Below, piece after piece: positions 11,779-24,640 of a stretch of 64,000 bases of DNA; position 1 is the first letter of the stretch, and each line of letters begins with the position of its first letter. A model generated the notes under the pieces. The model did no database searches and was not told the origin of the DNA. It was given only the letters and a program-made list of their open reading frames with translations. This DNA is from Octopus sinensis (taxonomy: Eukaryota): contig NC_043013.1 in assembly GCF_006345805.1 (NCBI RefSeq), positions 17,174,001-17,238,000 on the forward strand, read 5' to 3'. The position numbers were made by a program, and so were the translations under genes.

Positions 11779-14700
11779 AACACTTAACGTCAAACTGAAG
11801 GATTACTCAATCCTTTTTAGTAGAGTACCTGTTTATCTGTTTATTAAACTCTCGCAAAGGAAGGGTTGATAGTAACTTCGAAGTTTCGGTTTGCTCGCCT
11901 CTCTCAGACGGCCTCACACTCTCGCACATATATATATATGTGCGTATATGTGTTTACATTTAGAGCATAACTTAGAAACATCGAGTAGTATATATATATA
12001 TATATATAAAAGATTTTATGTTTATTTATATCCATAATGTTATTGTTAGGTATCGGTAATCTACTCTTTTACTCGGTTCTTCCAAAACTGCGACGAGATC
12101 ACTTTCCGTTAAGAAACAATCCATTGTCATTTGTAGTCTAGGTATTCCACATTATCTATCATTCCATTATATTCCTCTAATTAACCAACTACCTTACCGT
12201 TTATATGTTTTTACAAGATCAAAACGAAATCTTTGTTTTCTTTTCGTTATCGAAGGATAGTTGAGTATTTTTAAGTCACTCCTGATGCAATTATTTTAGG
12301 GTGGGACCTTTTTATTCATTTCGTCTGTTTATTCATGTAATTTATTTTACTTTACCATAAAGAAAAAATTCTTCACGTTTGAGTTTCTACTTCGTTTAGC
12401 CAAAACTATATACTTTATACTTTATTATTATAGTGGACAAAATGTTAGCGGTATTCCTTCAGGCTCTTTACGTTCTAAAGTAAAATTCCGTCGACTTAGC
12501 TCTCGTTGTTGACAAAATAAAGAGGTAGAGTTTGGATTCGGTTTTGTCGACTGTTTCCTCCAGTAAATGCCCTGGCCTTGTGCTTTAGGTTAGAAAACAA
12601 TTATTATTTTCATTGAACTTTTTGACTTTTAAATTGCATTTTAGTGATGTTATTAAAACCTACTGAGATTTAACTATCACGCCTCTGTCTCAAGTTTTGT
12701 TTATTATTTTTTCTGCCTTAAGAATACATTTGAAATCAAACAATTATAATCCTTTCTATTATAGACACAAGGCCAGCAATTTTGGGGGAAATGGAGCAAG
12801 TCAGTTACATTGACTCCAGTATTTAACTAGTACTTTACTTCATCGAATCCCGAAAGATGAAAGGTAAAAGTCGACCTCGGTAGAATTTGAACTCAGAATT
12901 CAAAGAACCGGAAGAAATGTCTCTAAGCATCTTCTGCAACTTATTAACGATTCTGACAGTTCACCATCCTATAATAATTCTAATTTTAGCACAAGGCTAG
13001 CAGTTTTGGGTGGAGGGATTAGTCGATACTATCAACCCCAGTACTTGGTTAGTACGTTATTTTATGTGAGATTTGAGCTCGTAATATGTGTGTCCTTCCT
13101 TAAAAGAGTAGGATGTGGTTTGAGGGAGATTTGGTTGATAGCAGTATGATCTGAACATTTTAACTGTCTAGGAATGAAACAGTATAATTATATTTAATCT
13201 AACACTTTGATTTCTGGTAATTAGCTCTTCTAGTCTTTTTCTTTCTCGCCTTCATTATGTAAGACAATAGAGTGGAGGGAGATTTGGCTGTTATTTCTAG
13301 CAAGTTGAACGACCATAATATCTATGTTACTGTTGGACAGCAAGAGTAAAAACAGTTTCACAAGTAGCTGTTGTTCTATCCAAACATCCAGATATAGCTG
13401 CATTGTTAAGCAGTTCATTTTGCAAGTGCAAAGCTGTGGGTTCAATTCCACTTCACAGTGGACAAGCATCTTCTGCCATAATTTCAGAGACCTGACAATA
13501 TGTCATGAACTTTGTCTTTCTCTCTCTGTCTAATCCATAAAAATAAAATAACTGTAATCATCCCATTTCTATTATGGTCATAAGAGTTACCCCCTTAAAA
13601 TACAAGATCCCTCATTTTAATTATGTTACCTTTCAACTTGTATTTGGTAAAGCATTTAAATGGTGAGGCTCTGGCTTGGGCCTTTACAGGAGTACGGTGT
13701 TACCTCTGCTCCCAGGTCCACTCCTGTCCAGGGTGGAAATACCTGGTATACAGGACTTGAATGAGGGTTGGCTCTTAGACATGTCACACAGACCTATGAT
13801 AGTATAGATATACCCTGATGTCACATAAACCAGTTTCTCCTTTGAAAAGCTACATAGGTCCTGTACCTCAGGGGTAAGTTTGAAAGAGCAGAAGACAAGC
13901 AGAGTAAACTGTAAATAGAAAGGTAAAAGATAGCAGTAAATCATAGATGTATTTTTCCCCAAGAAAAACTCCATGAATCTTCAAACTTTGGCATGGATGT
14001 CCATGATTACCAGTGTCTGCAAAATATGCCTGGCACATGAAGAGAAAGAGAGAGAGAGACTCTTACACTGGTTTTAGTCATTGGGCTAGAGTCATACTAG
14101 GTACACTAACTTCAAGGTTATAGTCAATTATACCAGCCCCAGTACATGTAGACTATTTTATTGACTTCAGAAGAATTGAAAAGAATTGTGACTTAGATGG
14201 GATTTGAACTCAGAATGTGAGGTAACTAATCAAAGTGCCAAAAGTTAATCTGTCCTATGATCTGCTGATTCCACCATCTCTCTGCTGCCCTAGTAGAGTG
14301 TTTGTTGATTTATTTAGCTACTCCACCAATCTGCTCAACTGAGTACACAAGAGGTCTTTTCTCCTGGTTACTCCTAGTGATTAGTACAATAAATGCTTTG
14401 TATAGTGACCTTCACAACCCCATTTGAGATCCAACCAATGTATGCCTTGCCATCTTCATGGATTATTTGATTTCCTTCTGGAATTAAGCAACCAGATAGT
14501 GTAATATGAGGTGGTGTGTGTCTTGTGGGGATAACTGATATACCAGTTATATAAAGAGGGGGATTTACTATATTGGCACAGATCCTTTGTGCTCCCACCC
14601 CATACATCCTAGAACAAGTTGCAGGCTTATTGCTGGCTATACCAGCATTGGGTGGAAACTACACCTAACATCCAAATGCATCCCTCGTTAACCTACATGA

Positions 14701-15221
14701 CAGACAATGCAGTATGATTGTTATTTCAAACCCCTTTCATTTTGCAGTTTTTGTGATCTTATTCACCAACCTGTATTTGAGCCACCTCTTCCTGATGTAA
14801 GAGGTACCTAATGACTGTACCCTCATTGATGCAGGTTAGCTAACATTTTGCCATAGCCTAGCCTCTGCCTGTTTATATACATCCATTGGTTAGATAATAG
14901 AAACTAAACAATGGTTCACTGGAGATCCCAACCAGGTTCCCACCACTGGAATAATGCTCCTTCCATTCATCTCTTCGCACTTCCTTAACCCTTTTGTTAC
15001 CATATTCCTATTGAAATACTTTGTCTTTGTTTCAATTTTTGAAGATAATGAAGAATTCAATAAAATAATTTTGTATTTATTAAACTAGTCTTTAGAACAT
15101 AAATTTACTTTAAAATTGTGTAGGAAGAGCTTATTGTCGATCACTTTAACGCAAGAAGTTTGTATCATAAGACCAGGTGTAATCTCATGTGGGTTGGGAT
15201 CAAAAGAGTTAATGTTAAAGA

Positions 15222-15532
15222 TACCAGTGCTGGTGGCACGTAAAAAGCACCATCCAAACGTGGTCGTTGCCAGCGCCGTTTCGACTGGCCTCCATGCCAG
15301 TGGCACATAAAAAGCACCAATCGATGGTGGCTGTTGCCAGTCTCCCCTGGCACGTAAAAAGTACCCACTACACTCACGGAGTGGTTGGCGTTAGGAAGGG
15401 CATCCAGCTGTAGAAACACTGCCAGATCAGACTGGAGCCTGGTGCAGCCTCCTGGCTTCCCAGACCCCAATCGAACCGTCCAACTCATGCTAGCATGGAA
15501 AACAGACGTTAAACGATGATGATGATGATGAT
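15222..15532 (+). mobile_element. Family C repeat (RTE-type 3' end, (GAT)n tail)
   Basis: gtggcacgtaaaaagcac units, gagtggttggcgttaggaagggcatccagctgtagaaac core, ending aaacgatgatgatg. Confidence 0.8.
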
Positions 15533-16770
15533 TTCTGAAACAGTCTTCTTGACTTTAGTGTTGAGAACTGTGTCAATCAAGAGTGTGACAGTATTTGTAT
15601 TTTTGATACAATGGGACTGCTGGTGAGTTATTGTGGTGTGGCACCTAAAGTAATTCAGTGACACCAAAAGAGGAGTCTGCTGAGATTCAATGATGCAGAA
15701 CCATCAGAAGGAAATGAAAAGAAATGCAAAACTAAGGGTCATGTCTGGATAAGGACATAAGTCTTATTCCCAGACCCAACTTTCTAAAGAATCATGAAAA
15801 TTATAAATGTAGAAGTAGAACAACAGAATGGTTGCTGTAGTGAAATACTACCAGATTTAATGAGTGAATCAACCGCCATATGAGGTAGAGGGTAACTTTT
15901 TTAATAACAGGAGAAATTTCATGTCCATAAGAATTCTTGTTGGGGGTCACATCTCTGCTGAGGAAATTAATGAGTCATTAATTTTATAAAATTAAAGGCA
16001 GCATAAAATTGCATTCTTAGGACTTAAACTTTTTTTTGTTTCAGTATAGTTATTTTTTGTTTATATATATAAATATATATTACATCTGAAATAAATGACA
16101 GAAAAGAAGACTCTTTCTATACTTATATTTCAAGTTGAGAAATCCATTGTTCCATATTTACTAGCAAATAACCTGTAAATGAAAGTACACAACACTAAAT
16201 TTCTCAACTTAAATGCAAATTTAATACACGGGATCATATTCTGTAACCAATAACATTGACAGGAAGAACAATGCTTTCTGGGGAAGAATAAGAAAGACCT
16301 GGCTGAAAATTATGCTGGAGCAAATGAGGGCAAAATTAGTGATGGGGCGAGTAGTCTGAAATGGAGAAGACTATCATCATCAACCAGCTTGTATCTGACC
16401 CCCACTTTTGTTTTAACAGGGAAAACTGGCCTTTGTTACTATGTGGAGATTGTTTGCAGCAAATAGTTTGTGGCAGATTTCCTAGAGTTTGATAAATTTG
16501 TTATAAAGAGTGATGTGTCTGACATTTTAGACTTTGCCTCCATCTGAGAGAGATAGTGTAGAGTGTCACTCCAGTAGTAACGAAACCACTTTCTGTCTCT
16601 TTAAATGAAGAGCAAAGTCTAAAATATGAAACACCTCACACCTCACAGTCATTTGCTTTATTAGACTCCATGGACTCTCCCAATTAAGCAGCCTTATGAT
16701 GAAAGGCTAGATACTATTTTTTTAGTAGTATCTAGGACTACATATCTAATGTATCACTTAACTCATTTAA

Positions 16771-16955
16771 CCCTGTTGTACTGTATTCCTGCTGAAGCAG
16801 GAATAGGATAAACATCATATCTACCAGATTTTTGGTAAAGCAGTAATGAACAACACACATAGAAAAAGAAGATTCAATTGACTCTGCTCCTTAGTTTGCC
16901 TGAAATCGTTACTCTTGAGCTGTGTTTGTAACTATTTATTTTTTTGCTGAGAGGG
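16771..16955. mobile_element. TTAA-flanked MITE (piggyBac-like termini CCCT...AGGG)
   Basis: TTAA 16767-16770 | CCCT...AGGG | TTAA 16956-16959. Confidence 0.5.
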
Positions 16956-17821
16956 TTAAGAAGGCAAGATGATTTTCAGAGAGGTTTAGTTAAATGATTA
17001 TGATGAATGGGCTTCTTTCAATTTCCATCTACCAAGTTTACTCAAAAGGCTTTTGGTTAGCTCGGGACTATAGCACAAAACATTTACCTAAGGTGCCATG
17101 CAGTGGGATTGAACCAGAAACCATATAGTCAGGAATCAAATTTCTTAACCATACAGCCTCGCCTGCATCTTGTGTGTGTAACTATTTTTTTTTTTTTTTT
17201 GCTGAGGAGCCCAGGTCTGAAAGGGTTAAGAAGGCAAGATGATTTTAAGAGAGGTTTAGTTGCTATTTTTAGCCAGCTGAGTGACTGCGTAGAGATTCTT
17301 CATTGACTCAGTGGTAGCAGAGGGATTCCCTGATGAGTCATAGTAGTGATGATAGCAGGGGGAGAGGTAGGGGAGGAGATGGTTCTATAAGGTAAGAGGT
17401 GGGTGCAACAGTGGGGAAGAGATGGCAGAGTGAAATGGGAGGTGATGGGGGAAAGATGGTAGTTAGGTGAGGGGTTGGTGCTGCAGTGGAGGAGAAGTGA
17501 CACAACAATGTGTGAGATAAGGAGGGAGATGGTACTGTAAGGTAAGGGGCAGAGTGCAGCATTGAACGTTTGTGAAGATGGACAGCCAGCTCGGAGAAGA
17601 GAGCAAGATATGATACAGTGGAATGTAGTTAAGTAGTTTGCAATGCCACGGTTCTCATTTCAGTCTCATTGTGCAATACATGGGACAGTGTCGTTCATTA
17701 AAACCTCAAGTCAGGTCTAGCCTTGTGAAAGGAAATGAGGAGATGGGAATTGTATGGAAGCTCAGTGATGATTTTTGTTTGTTTGTGGGAAGTATACCTA
17801 ATGCCTTCCTCAAATTTGGCC

Positions 17822-18135
17822 TGCAACTTGTTTCATATAGAACAAAATGTGTACAAGCATGTTGTTGTGTAAGAAGGACTAAAATGCAGGTATCACGAAA
17901 ATGACAGTTTTAGTCTGAAAATGTAGTGTTTTGTTGCCCTTGCCTTTCTGCCAGTTGATGATGATGTAGATGGATATGAACAACTTGTAGATGATGATAT
18001 TCCACAGTCACTTGTATCCTATTTTGAAAATAATTATATAGGACTACCTAGGGGAAGAGGACAGAAGAGGCGACGCCTTGAACCTCCATTTCCAATAACT
18101 GTATGGAATGTTTGGGATCGATGTATGGCAGGGAT
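17822..18135 (+). mobile_element. MULE/Mutator transposase fossil
   Basis: One frame reads CNLFHIEQNVYKHVVV*EGLKCRYHENDSFSLKM*CFVALAFLPVDD...VSYFENNYIG...PPFPITVWNVWDR. This contains the CxxH, ALAFLP, YFExxYIG and PPxFP..WN motifs of MULE transposases, with two in-frame stops. Confidence 0.75.
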
Positions 18136-18639
18136 TGGAACCTGGTACAGCTCTCTGGCTTACCAGTTCCAGTCAAACCATCTAACCTATGCCGGCATGG
18201 AAAACAGATGCTAAATAATGGTGGTGGTGTGTGATGTTTGTGTCTGTTTGAAAGCCTGTGAAAGTGTATAAGCTTAGTGGTTAGGGTATTCAGCTCATGA
18301 TATTATCACAGGTATTATCATTATCGTAATAAGGTTGTGAGTTTGATTCATGGCAGTGCATTGTGCCCTTTGTGTCCTTATTTCATGTGACTCCAGTCCA
18401 CTCAGCTGGCAAAAGGGCCAGCCTTATGCTGAATCTCCTCAAGAGCTACATTATGGGTATGCATGTTTGTTAGTGCTCAACTACTTGCATGTTAATGTCA
18501 TGAGCAGGCTGTTCCATTTATTGGATCAACAGAGTGCCAGTTTGAGCCTCAACACCACTTGACAGCTGGTGTTAGTTTGTTTACATCCCTGTAGCTTAGT
18601 GGCTTGACAAAATAGACCAATAGAATAAGTACCAGACAA

Positions 18640-18960
18640 CATCATCATCATCATCATCATCGTTTAACGTCCGCTTTCCATGCTAGCATGGGTTGGACAA
18701 TTTGACTGAGGTCTGGTGAACCAAACTCTGATCTGATCTGGCAGAGTTTCTACAGCTGGATGCCCTTCCTAACACCAACCACTCCAAGAGTGTAGTGGCT
18801 GCTTTTACGTGTCACCGGCACGAGGGCCAGTTTGGTGGAACTGGCAACAGCCACGCCCAAATGGTGCTTTTTATGTGCCACCTGCACAGGAGCCAGTCCA
18901 GCGTCACTAGCGATGACCTCACTCAAATATTTCACATGCCACCAGCACAAGTGCTAGTAA
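18640..18960 (-). mobile_element. Family C repeat
   Basis: (CAT)n then cgtttaacgtccgctttccatgctagcatggg...ctggatgcccttcctaac. Confidence 0.8.
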
Positions 18961-19984
18961 GGTGACGTGGTAAAGTGAGGCGACATGGTAATATAAAAAA
19001 TAAAAAATGCAATCAATTTGTTCAACTAAAACCTCTCAAGGCAGTGCCCCAGCATGGCTGCAGTCCAATGACTGAAACAAGTTAGAAGATAAAACATATG
19101 TTAGTGAGCTAATTGTTGTTGTTGTGTGTTAGGTGGGTAAGAGCTTGTTAATCAGTTGGATAACAAATTATTTAGAGAAGAAAGAAGGAGTGTGTATTTC
19201 GGTGTACAACAGCTGGTCTATGTCTCTGTGTAGGTTTTTGATATGGGTCACACCTGTTCACTGTAGGTCAATAACTGTTCAAAGCTGAAATAATGTTTTC
19301 TGGCCCTTAAGAGAAAAGTCAAGCCTTTCTAATTACAAGTTCAATTATTATTGATATTTGGTCACCCAGAAATATCATTAGAGATTGTCAGCCTCAATAT
19401 TTGTAACTTTTATTGACGAATGTTGCAATAGTGTGGGCGGAAAACTTAGCTTGCTGGACAAAATATTTGATTTTCAACAATAGCAGTTTCATTTCACTTA
19501 TATAACTGATAAGGTGTGACTATGGTTGAGAAGTCTGCATCCCAACTGTTTGATTCCAGGTTCAATCTCTCTGAATCTAAAGAACTACATTGTAAGATAG
19601 GTGCGAGAGGCCAGATCTCGCCAGTTTGAGCATAAAACAGTTAGGATATTAGGACAGATATGGCTGGTTAAATGCCAGCCGGTTAATGAGCTTCAAAATA
19701 TATTTTCTGTCTAGTTATTTCCACTTGCAGTTCCTGCATCAACCCAGGTCCAGAATTGAACTGATGTCCTTATGAACATGATTCCAACACCCTAACCATT
19801 GAGCCACACACCTTGACTGTCTTCAGATTAATTGGTTAAAAACAATAGCTTTAATTATTAACAACATGAGTTATTGATTATTATTGTTGTGAAAGTATAG
19901 AACTGGAATTGCCTAATTAGATCAAATAGATTTGATGACTGCATGGAGAAATACATAGTGTGTGGGGGAAACATATTGATAGAT

Positions 19985-20036
<52 letters not shown>

Positions 20037-21169
20037 GGGGACCCAGGGGCAACTGGTAGAGAGACAGACAACTGTGAGCTGTAAGTATAACTGATGTTTC
20101 ACCCCAGGTTGCAGTATATTTACAAAAGCCATTCCAGCTGTGACCACCAACGCTTGTTGAAAGTATGTTTAGGACTACATTGTCTAGTGTGTACTTATTT
20201 AAAACAGTATATTCTAATTTTAGAGAGACTTGGCTTTTATCTTTAACAGTTTGACCATTTTTTTAATGGTTTACTTGTATAACTTGGATGCTCTTCCTAA
20301 CATCATTCACTTTACAGAGTGGACTAGATGCTTTTTATGTGATAGTAACACGTGTATGTACAGATAAACTAATATAACCAATAAACTGGTACATCAAACA
20401 AATTCATTGTGGTAATTATTCCACCCAAGTGGTTCAGATGATCCCATCTTATTCTCACCGTTGGAATGTCGGGAAACTATTAATAAAACACAATAAAATA
20501 AATAATGTAGCTGGTATGTGTGTGGATGAGGGTAGGTGGAGAGAAGAGCAGATGGTGGAAATGAGATCTCAGGACGAGATAGATTGATACATCGATAAAG
20601 AAAGCTAAAGACTACAGAAATAGTGTGTGGAAGAAAAGAAAAAAAGGTATCTCTGAGTAATAAACAAATGGCTTAGATATATAGATATGTGAAGGATTGA
20701 CAACTAACAGATTGGGCGGGGGGCAAAAAAAAAAGGGCAGGAGCAAATAGGGAAACTGTTAAACTCAGACCAGAGACCTGGTTTGAATTATGCAAGTGAA
20801 TGGTCTCTGCTAAAGGCCTTCAAGGGCCAAATGATGGTGTTACAAGATTGATGGGTTTGGATATGGACTTAGGTACCAGAAACATATAGATGAGAGGGAG
20901 ACGGATAGACATAATATGTGCAAATGGAGAATGACAAAGATATGAAGAGAATTAGATAAAGCATGTACGAGAGTATATAAATGCATAGGCATTACTGAGT
21001 TTAAAGTACATTACAAATAATGTTGTTGTTCAGTCCCAGGTCAGATTTTCTCAAGTAGATCTATGATCAAAAGGCATTCCTGCTATGCCCATCCTGTCTT
21101 TTTCATTTTGTAGATAGAGCTTTAATCTTGGAACACATTATTCAATGCATCTTATTTTTTATTTTTTTT

Positions 21170-21396
21170 TTTTATTGCCCACAAGGGGCTGAACATGGAG
21201 TGGACAAACAAGGACAGACAAACGGATTAAGTCGATTACATCGACCCCAGTGTCTAACTGGTACTTAATTTATCGACCCCGAAAGGATGAAAGGCAAAGT
21301 CGAACTCGGCGGAATTTGAACTCAGAACACAGCAGCGGACGAAATAACACAAAGCATTTAGCCCGGCTTGCTAACGTTTCTGCCAGCTCGCCGCCC
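21170..21396 (-). mobile_element. SINE family A, near full length
   Basis: Reverse complement of ggcggcgagctggcagaaacgttagc...gttctgagttcaaattcc...agccccttgtggg. Confidence 0.85.
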
Positions 21397-22212
21397 TTTT
21401 TTCTTCTTTTTAAAAGTCAGTAGTGTTATTTGAGAGTTGGTTCCATCTTGGAACACATTATTCAATGCATCTTCTTTTTTGTTTTTCTTCTTTTTTAAAG
21501 TCAGTAGTGTTATTTGAGAGTTGGCTGCTGTTTCTGCAGGTCAATCATTCATGTAGAGGCTTCTTTGTTGGCTCATTGTGCAGATAATGTTGTGATATTT
21601 CTCTGGAGTAATATCTAAATATATTTCTGTATATATTTATATATGCATACATATGCATGTGGGGGGTGCACATCTGTGTATATGTGTGTGTGTATATATA
21701 GATTAATGATGCATTAAACTGTGTGCTTTGATGTGCAAATGCACTTCAGAGCAGTTCTAAGCTTCCAACCAATATAATGCGTGGAAAGTCAACTAAACTT
21801 CATACAGATGACAGTTGCACACACCAGCTGTCATTTATGTAATTACTTCATTGACAGAAGAAAAATTAGTGCAACTGGTTTCAGTTCTTTGGAATTTCCT
21901 CATGTAGGGAGTATCCATCTCTATGTTTATAGAGACAGTATATTTATAACCACTAGAATTAAGGGCTTTGTTAAATTGAAGATCTGATTTGCATACATTA
22001 TGTATTTGTTAGCAGCTAATTAGATTGGTAAATTAAAGATGTGATAAGCAGTATGTATTTCAATGCTACACATTAATCCCTGTTTTTCAGATTGTTGATT
22101 TTTGTATTGCTAACATGATGATAACATTCACAGACAACGAAATACATAGTTCAAGTACATCAGCTATATATATATATATATCAATATATCTAGAATATTT
22201 TATATTTTTTAG

Positions 22213-22401
22213 TGGAACTCTTGAAGGATGCCGGAAAAGACCAAGCTATAAAGATTTCCTGAATGACCCAATTCTAAAATTTTCTGGGGCCTACATTGAT
22301 GGATGTTCTGATCTTTATGTCACATGTCAAATATTCTCGGACACAAGGCCATTATCACTTCCAGTCCAAACGTCTTTTAAGTCATTCACCACCAGATGGA
22401 A
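22213..22401 (+). CDS. PIK3C3: Vps34 coding exon 2 (C2 domain)
   Basis: [25 protein letters not shown]...[10 protein letters not shown]...[14 protein letters not shown]; ttttttAG acceptor, AA|GTAAGT donor; 189 bp. Confidence 0.96.
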
Positions 22402-22573
22402 GTAAGTATTCATTGTATTTTTTTTACATTCTCCATTTTAAACTTATTATAGTCTCCTGCTTCCTCTTGTTCTTTTAAAACCTCTTTTGGATGGCTTTAA
22501 TAGAGTTCTCTCTGTTGTAGGCTTCGTATTTCATTATATAACATTGTGTGTGTATATGCCTTTATATTATGCT

Positions 22574-22612
<39 letters not shown>

Positions 22613-22641
22613 ATGTATATGTATGTATATATATGTATATA

Positions 22642-22805
22642 GGCGTAGGAGTGGCTGTGTGGTAAGTAGCTTGCTTACGGACCACATGATTCCAGGTTCA
22701 GTCCTACTGTGTGGCCCCTTGGGCAAGTGTCTTTTACTATAGCCTCGGGCCAACCAAAGCCTTGTGAGTGGATTTGGTAGACGGAAACTGAAAGAAGCCC
22801 ATCGT

Positions 22806-22878
<73 letters not shown>

Positions 22879-22991
22879 GTTTGTCCCCCCAACATTGCTT
22901 GACAACCAATGCTGGTGTGTTTACGTCTCCGTAACTTAGCGGTTCGGCAAAAGAGACCAATAGAATAAGTACTAGGCTTACAAAGAATAAG
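22642..22991 (+). mobile_element. SINE family B (tRNA head, CORE-like ccttgggcaagtgtctt, internal (AT)n)
   Basis: A-box-like tggctgtgtggtaag, B-box-like ggttcagtcc, followed by the family body. Confidence 0.85.
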
Positions 22992-23960
22992 ATATACTTA
23001 GTATGTCCTTTGATTAATTTAATCCTTCATCTATATACATACATAGATATGTATTTATGTGTGTGTATTGTATATGATCATCATTGTTTTAACATCTGGT
23101 TTGCCATTAGATTAGATGGAATTTATCAAGGTAGATATTTTTATGGCCAGATGCCCTTCCTGTTGTCAGCTCTCTGCTATTTTCAAGTAAAGTAATATTA
23201 CCCCATGGCCATACATGTTTCCATGGACGATTGGAAATAATGCTGCATGTATGATGATGACATTTGTTTACAACTTATCACATGCTATCAAGAGAAGGTC
23301 TCACACATGCACATGGGCTTCTTTCAGTTTTCATCAATGTACCAAATCTATTCACAAAATTTTGGTCAACCTGATGCTGCAATCAGAAGATACTTTTTCC
23401 TAAGTGGGACTGAACCCAGTGGGACTGAACCCAGAACTCCAAAGCCCTTAGTTTGGAAGCAATCTGTGTGTAATAGGCGAATACCACAATCTGTATCTCA
23501 CTCTTTCACATACATTTACATAATTTATTCCATATTCAAATGAACACCAAATTAACAAATAATTATTTTTATGAAGCAGAGTCAAATCTGTAGAATACAT
23601 AATTATTGGCATTGCTGATTTGGTCACATAAAGATTTTTTATGATAATGAGTCAGAGACGTCTGTGTATGAGATTATGAATGAGTTCGTGTGTGTGTTTG
23701 TTTATATCTTGTCTATACAGGGTTGATATTTTTATGACATCTTTTATTTTATATATATGCTTTTTTTTATGCCTGTGCATGTGTTGTATATATTGATGAG
23801 AGGTCATTTTTATGTATGTGTATATATGATCTCTCTATGTATCAGTGGCCCTTGTAAGTATGTTTTGTTTTTTAATGTGTGTCAGTTTTTAAAAAATTAA
23901 ACCATTAAACAACAGTAAAATGAAGACTAGTTTAATATTCTCTGTTTTATGTTCTTACAG

Positions 23961-24104
23961 CTGGAATGAGTGGCTAACATTACCCGTCAAATACAGTGAT
24001 CTTCCAAGGAATGCTATGCTAGCTCTAACAGTGTGGGATCTCTATGGCACCAATAAGTCTGTGCCAGTTGGCAGCACAGTTATCAGTATGTTTGGTAAAC
24101 GAGG
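23961..24104 (+). CDS. PIK3C3: Vps34 coding exon 3
   Basis: [29 protein letters not shown]...FGKRG; ttcttacAG acceptor, GG|GTGAGT donor; 144 bp. Confidence 0.96.
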
Positions 24105-24401
24105 GTGAGTGTCCTATATTGTAGCTAGAAACATTCATATAACTCTTTGGTGGAGGACTTTTGTTTCATAAAATAAATATGTTCAGGCAATTTGAACTTA
24201 ATGTTTTTTTAGATGCCTAATGTACACATGTTCAGACTGGGGATGAACTCACAAATCTTTGTTTCAAGCAGAATTTGACACTCTTAACCACTAGACCAAG
24301 ATCTTAACCATTTGTCCTAAAGGATAAAAGTTTTGATACTATCATATTGGTTGATTGTCACAATGGTTGACTCACATGAATTAGATTGTCACAGTGATTG
24401 G

Positions 24402-24640
24402 CTGTCTCATTGACTAAACTGTCACAATGGTTGAGTACCTCATTGATTAAACTGTCACAATGGTTTACTGCCTCATTGACTAAACTGTCACAATGCCTGA
24501 CTGTCTCATTGACTAAACTGTCACAATGGTTGACTGTCTCATTGACTAAACTGTCACAATGGTTTACTGTCTCATTGACTAAACTGTCACAATGGTTGAC
24601 TGTCTCATTGACTAAACTGACACAATGGTTTACTGTTTCA
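24402..24640. repeat. 33-bp minisatellite, about 7 copies plus degenerate flanks
   Basis: Unit ctgtctcattgactaaactgtcacaatggtt(g/t)a; produces the 11-aa periodic ORF TVSLTKLSQWL. Confidence 0.92.

Noticed and set aside
13640-15030. Two non-repetitive-looking blocks with short minus-strand ORFs (13684-13974, 14374-14607)
   Set aside because: No recognisable protein motif or splice pattern; possibly old retroelement remnants, but not classifiable by eye.
17330-17360. CTGATGA-GTCA..TGAT as a hammerhead
   Set aside because: No GAAA after stem II.
24402-24640. CRISPR array or coding repeat protein
   Set aside because: Head-to-tail tandem units with no unique spacers, eukaryotic intron, no cas genes, no evident splice sites; the same applies to 54165-54697.
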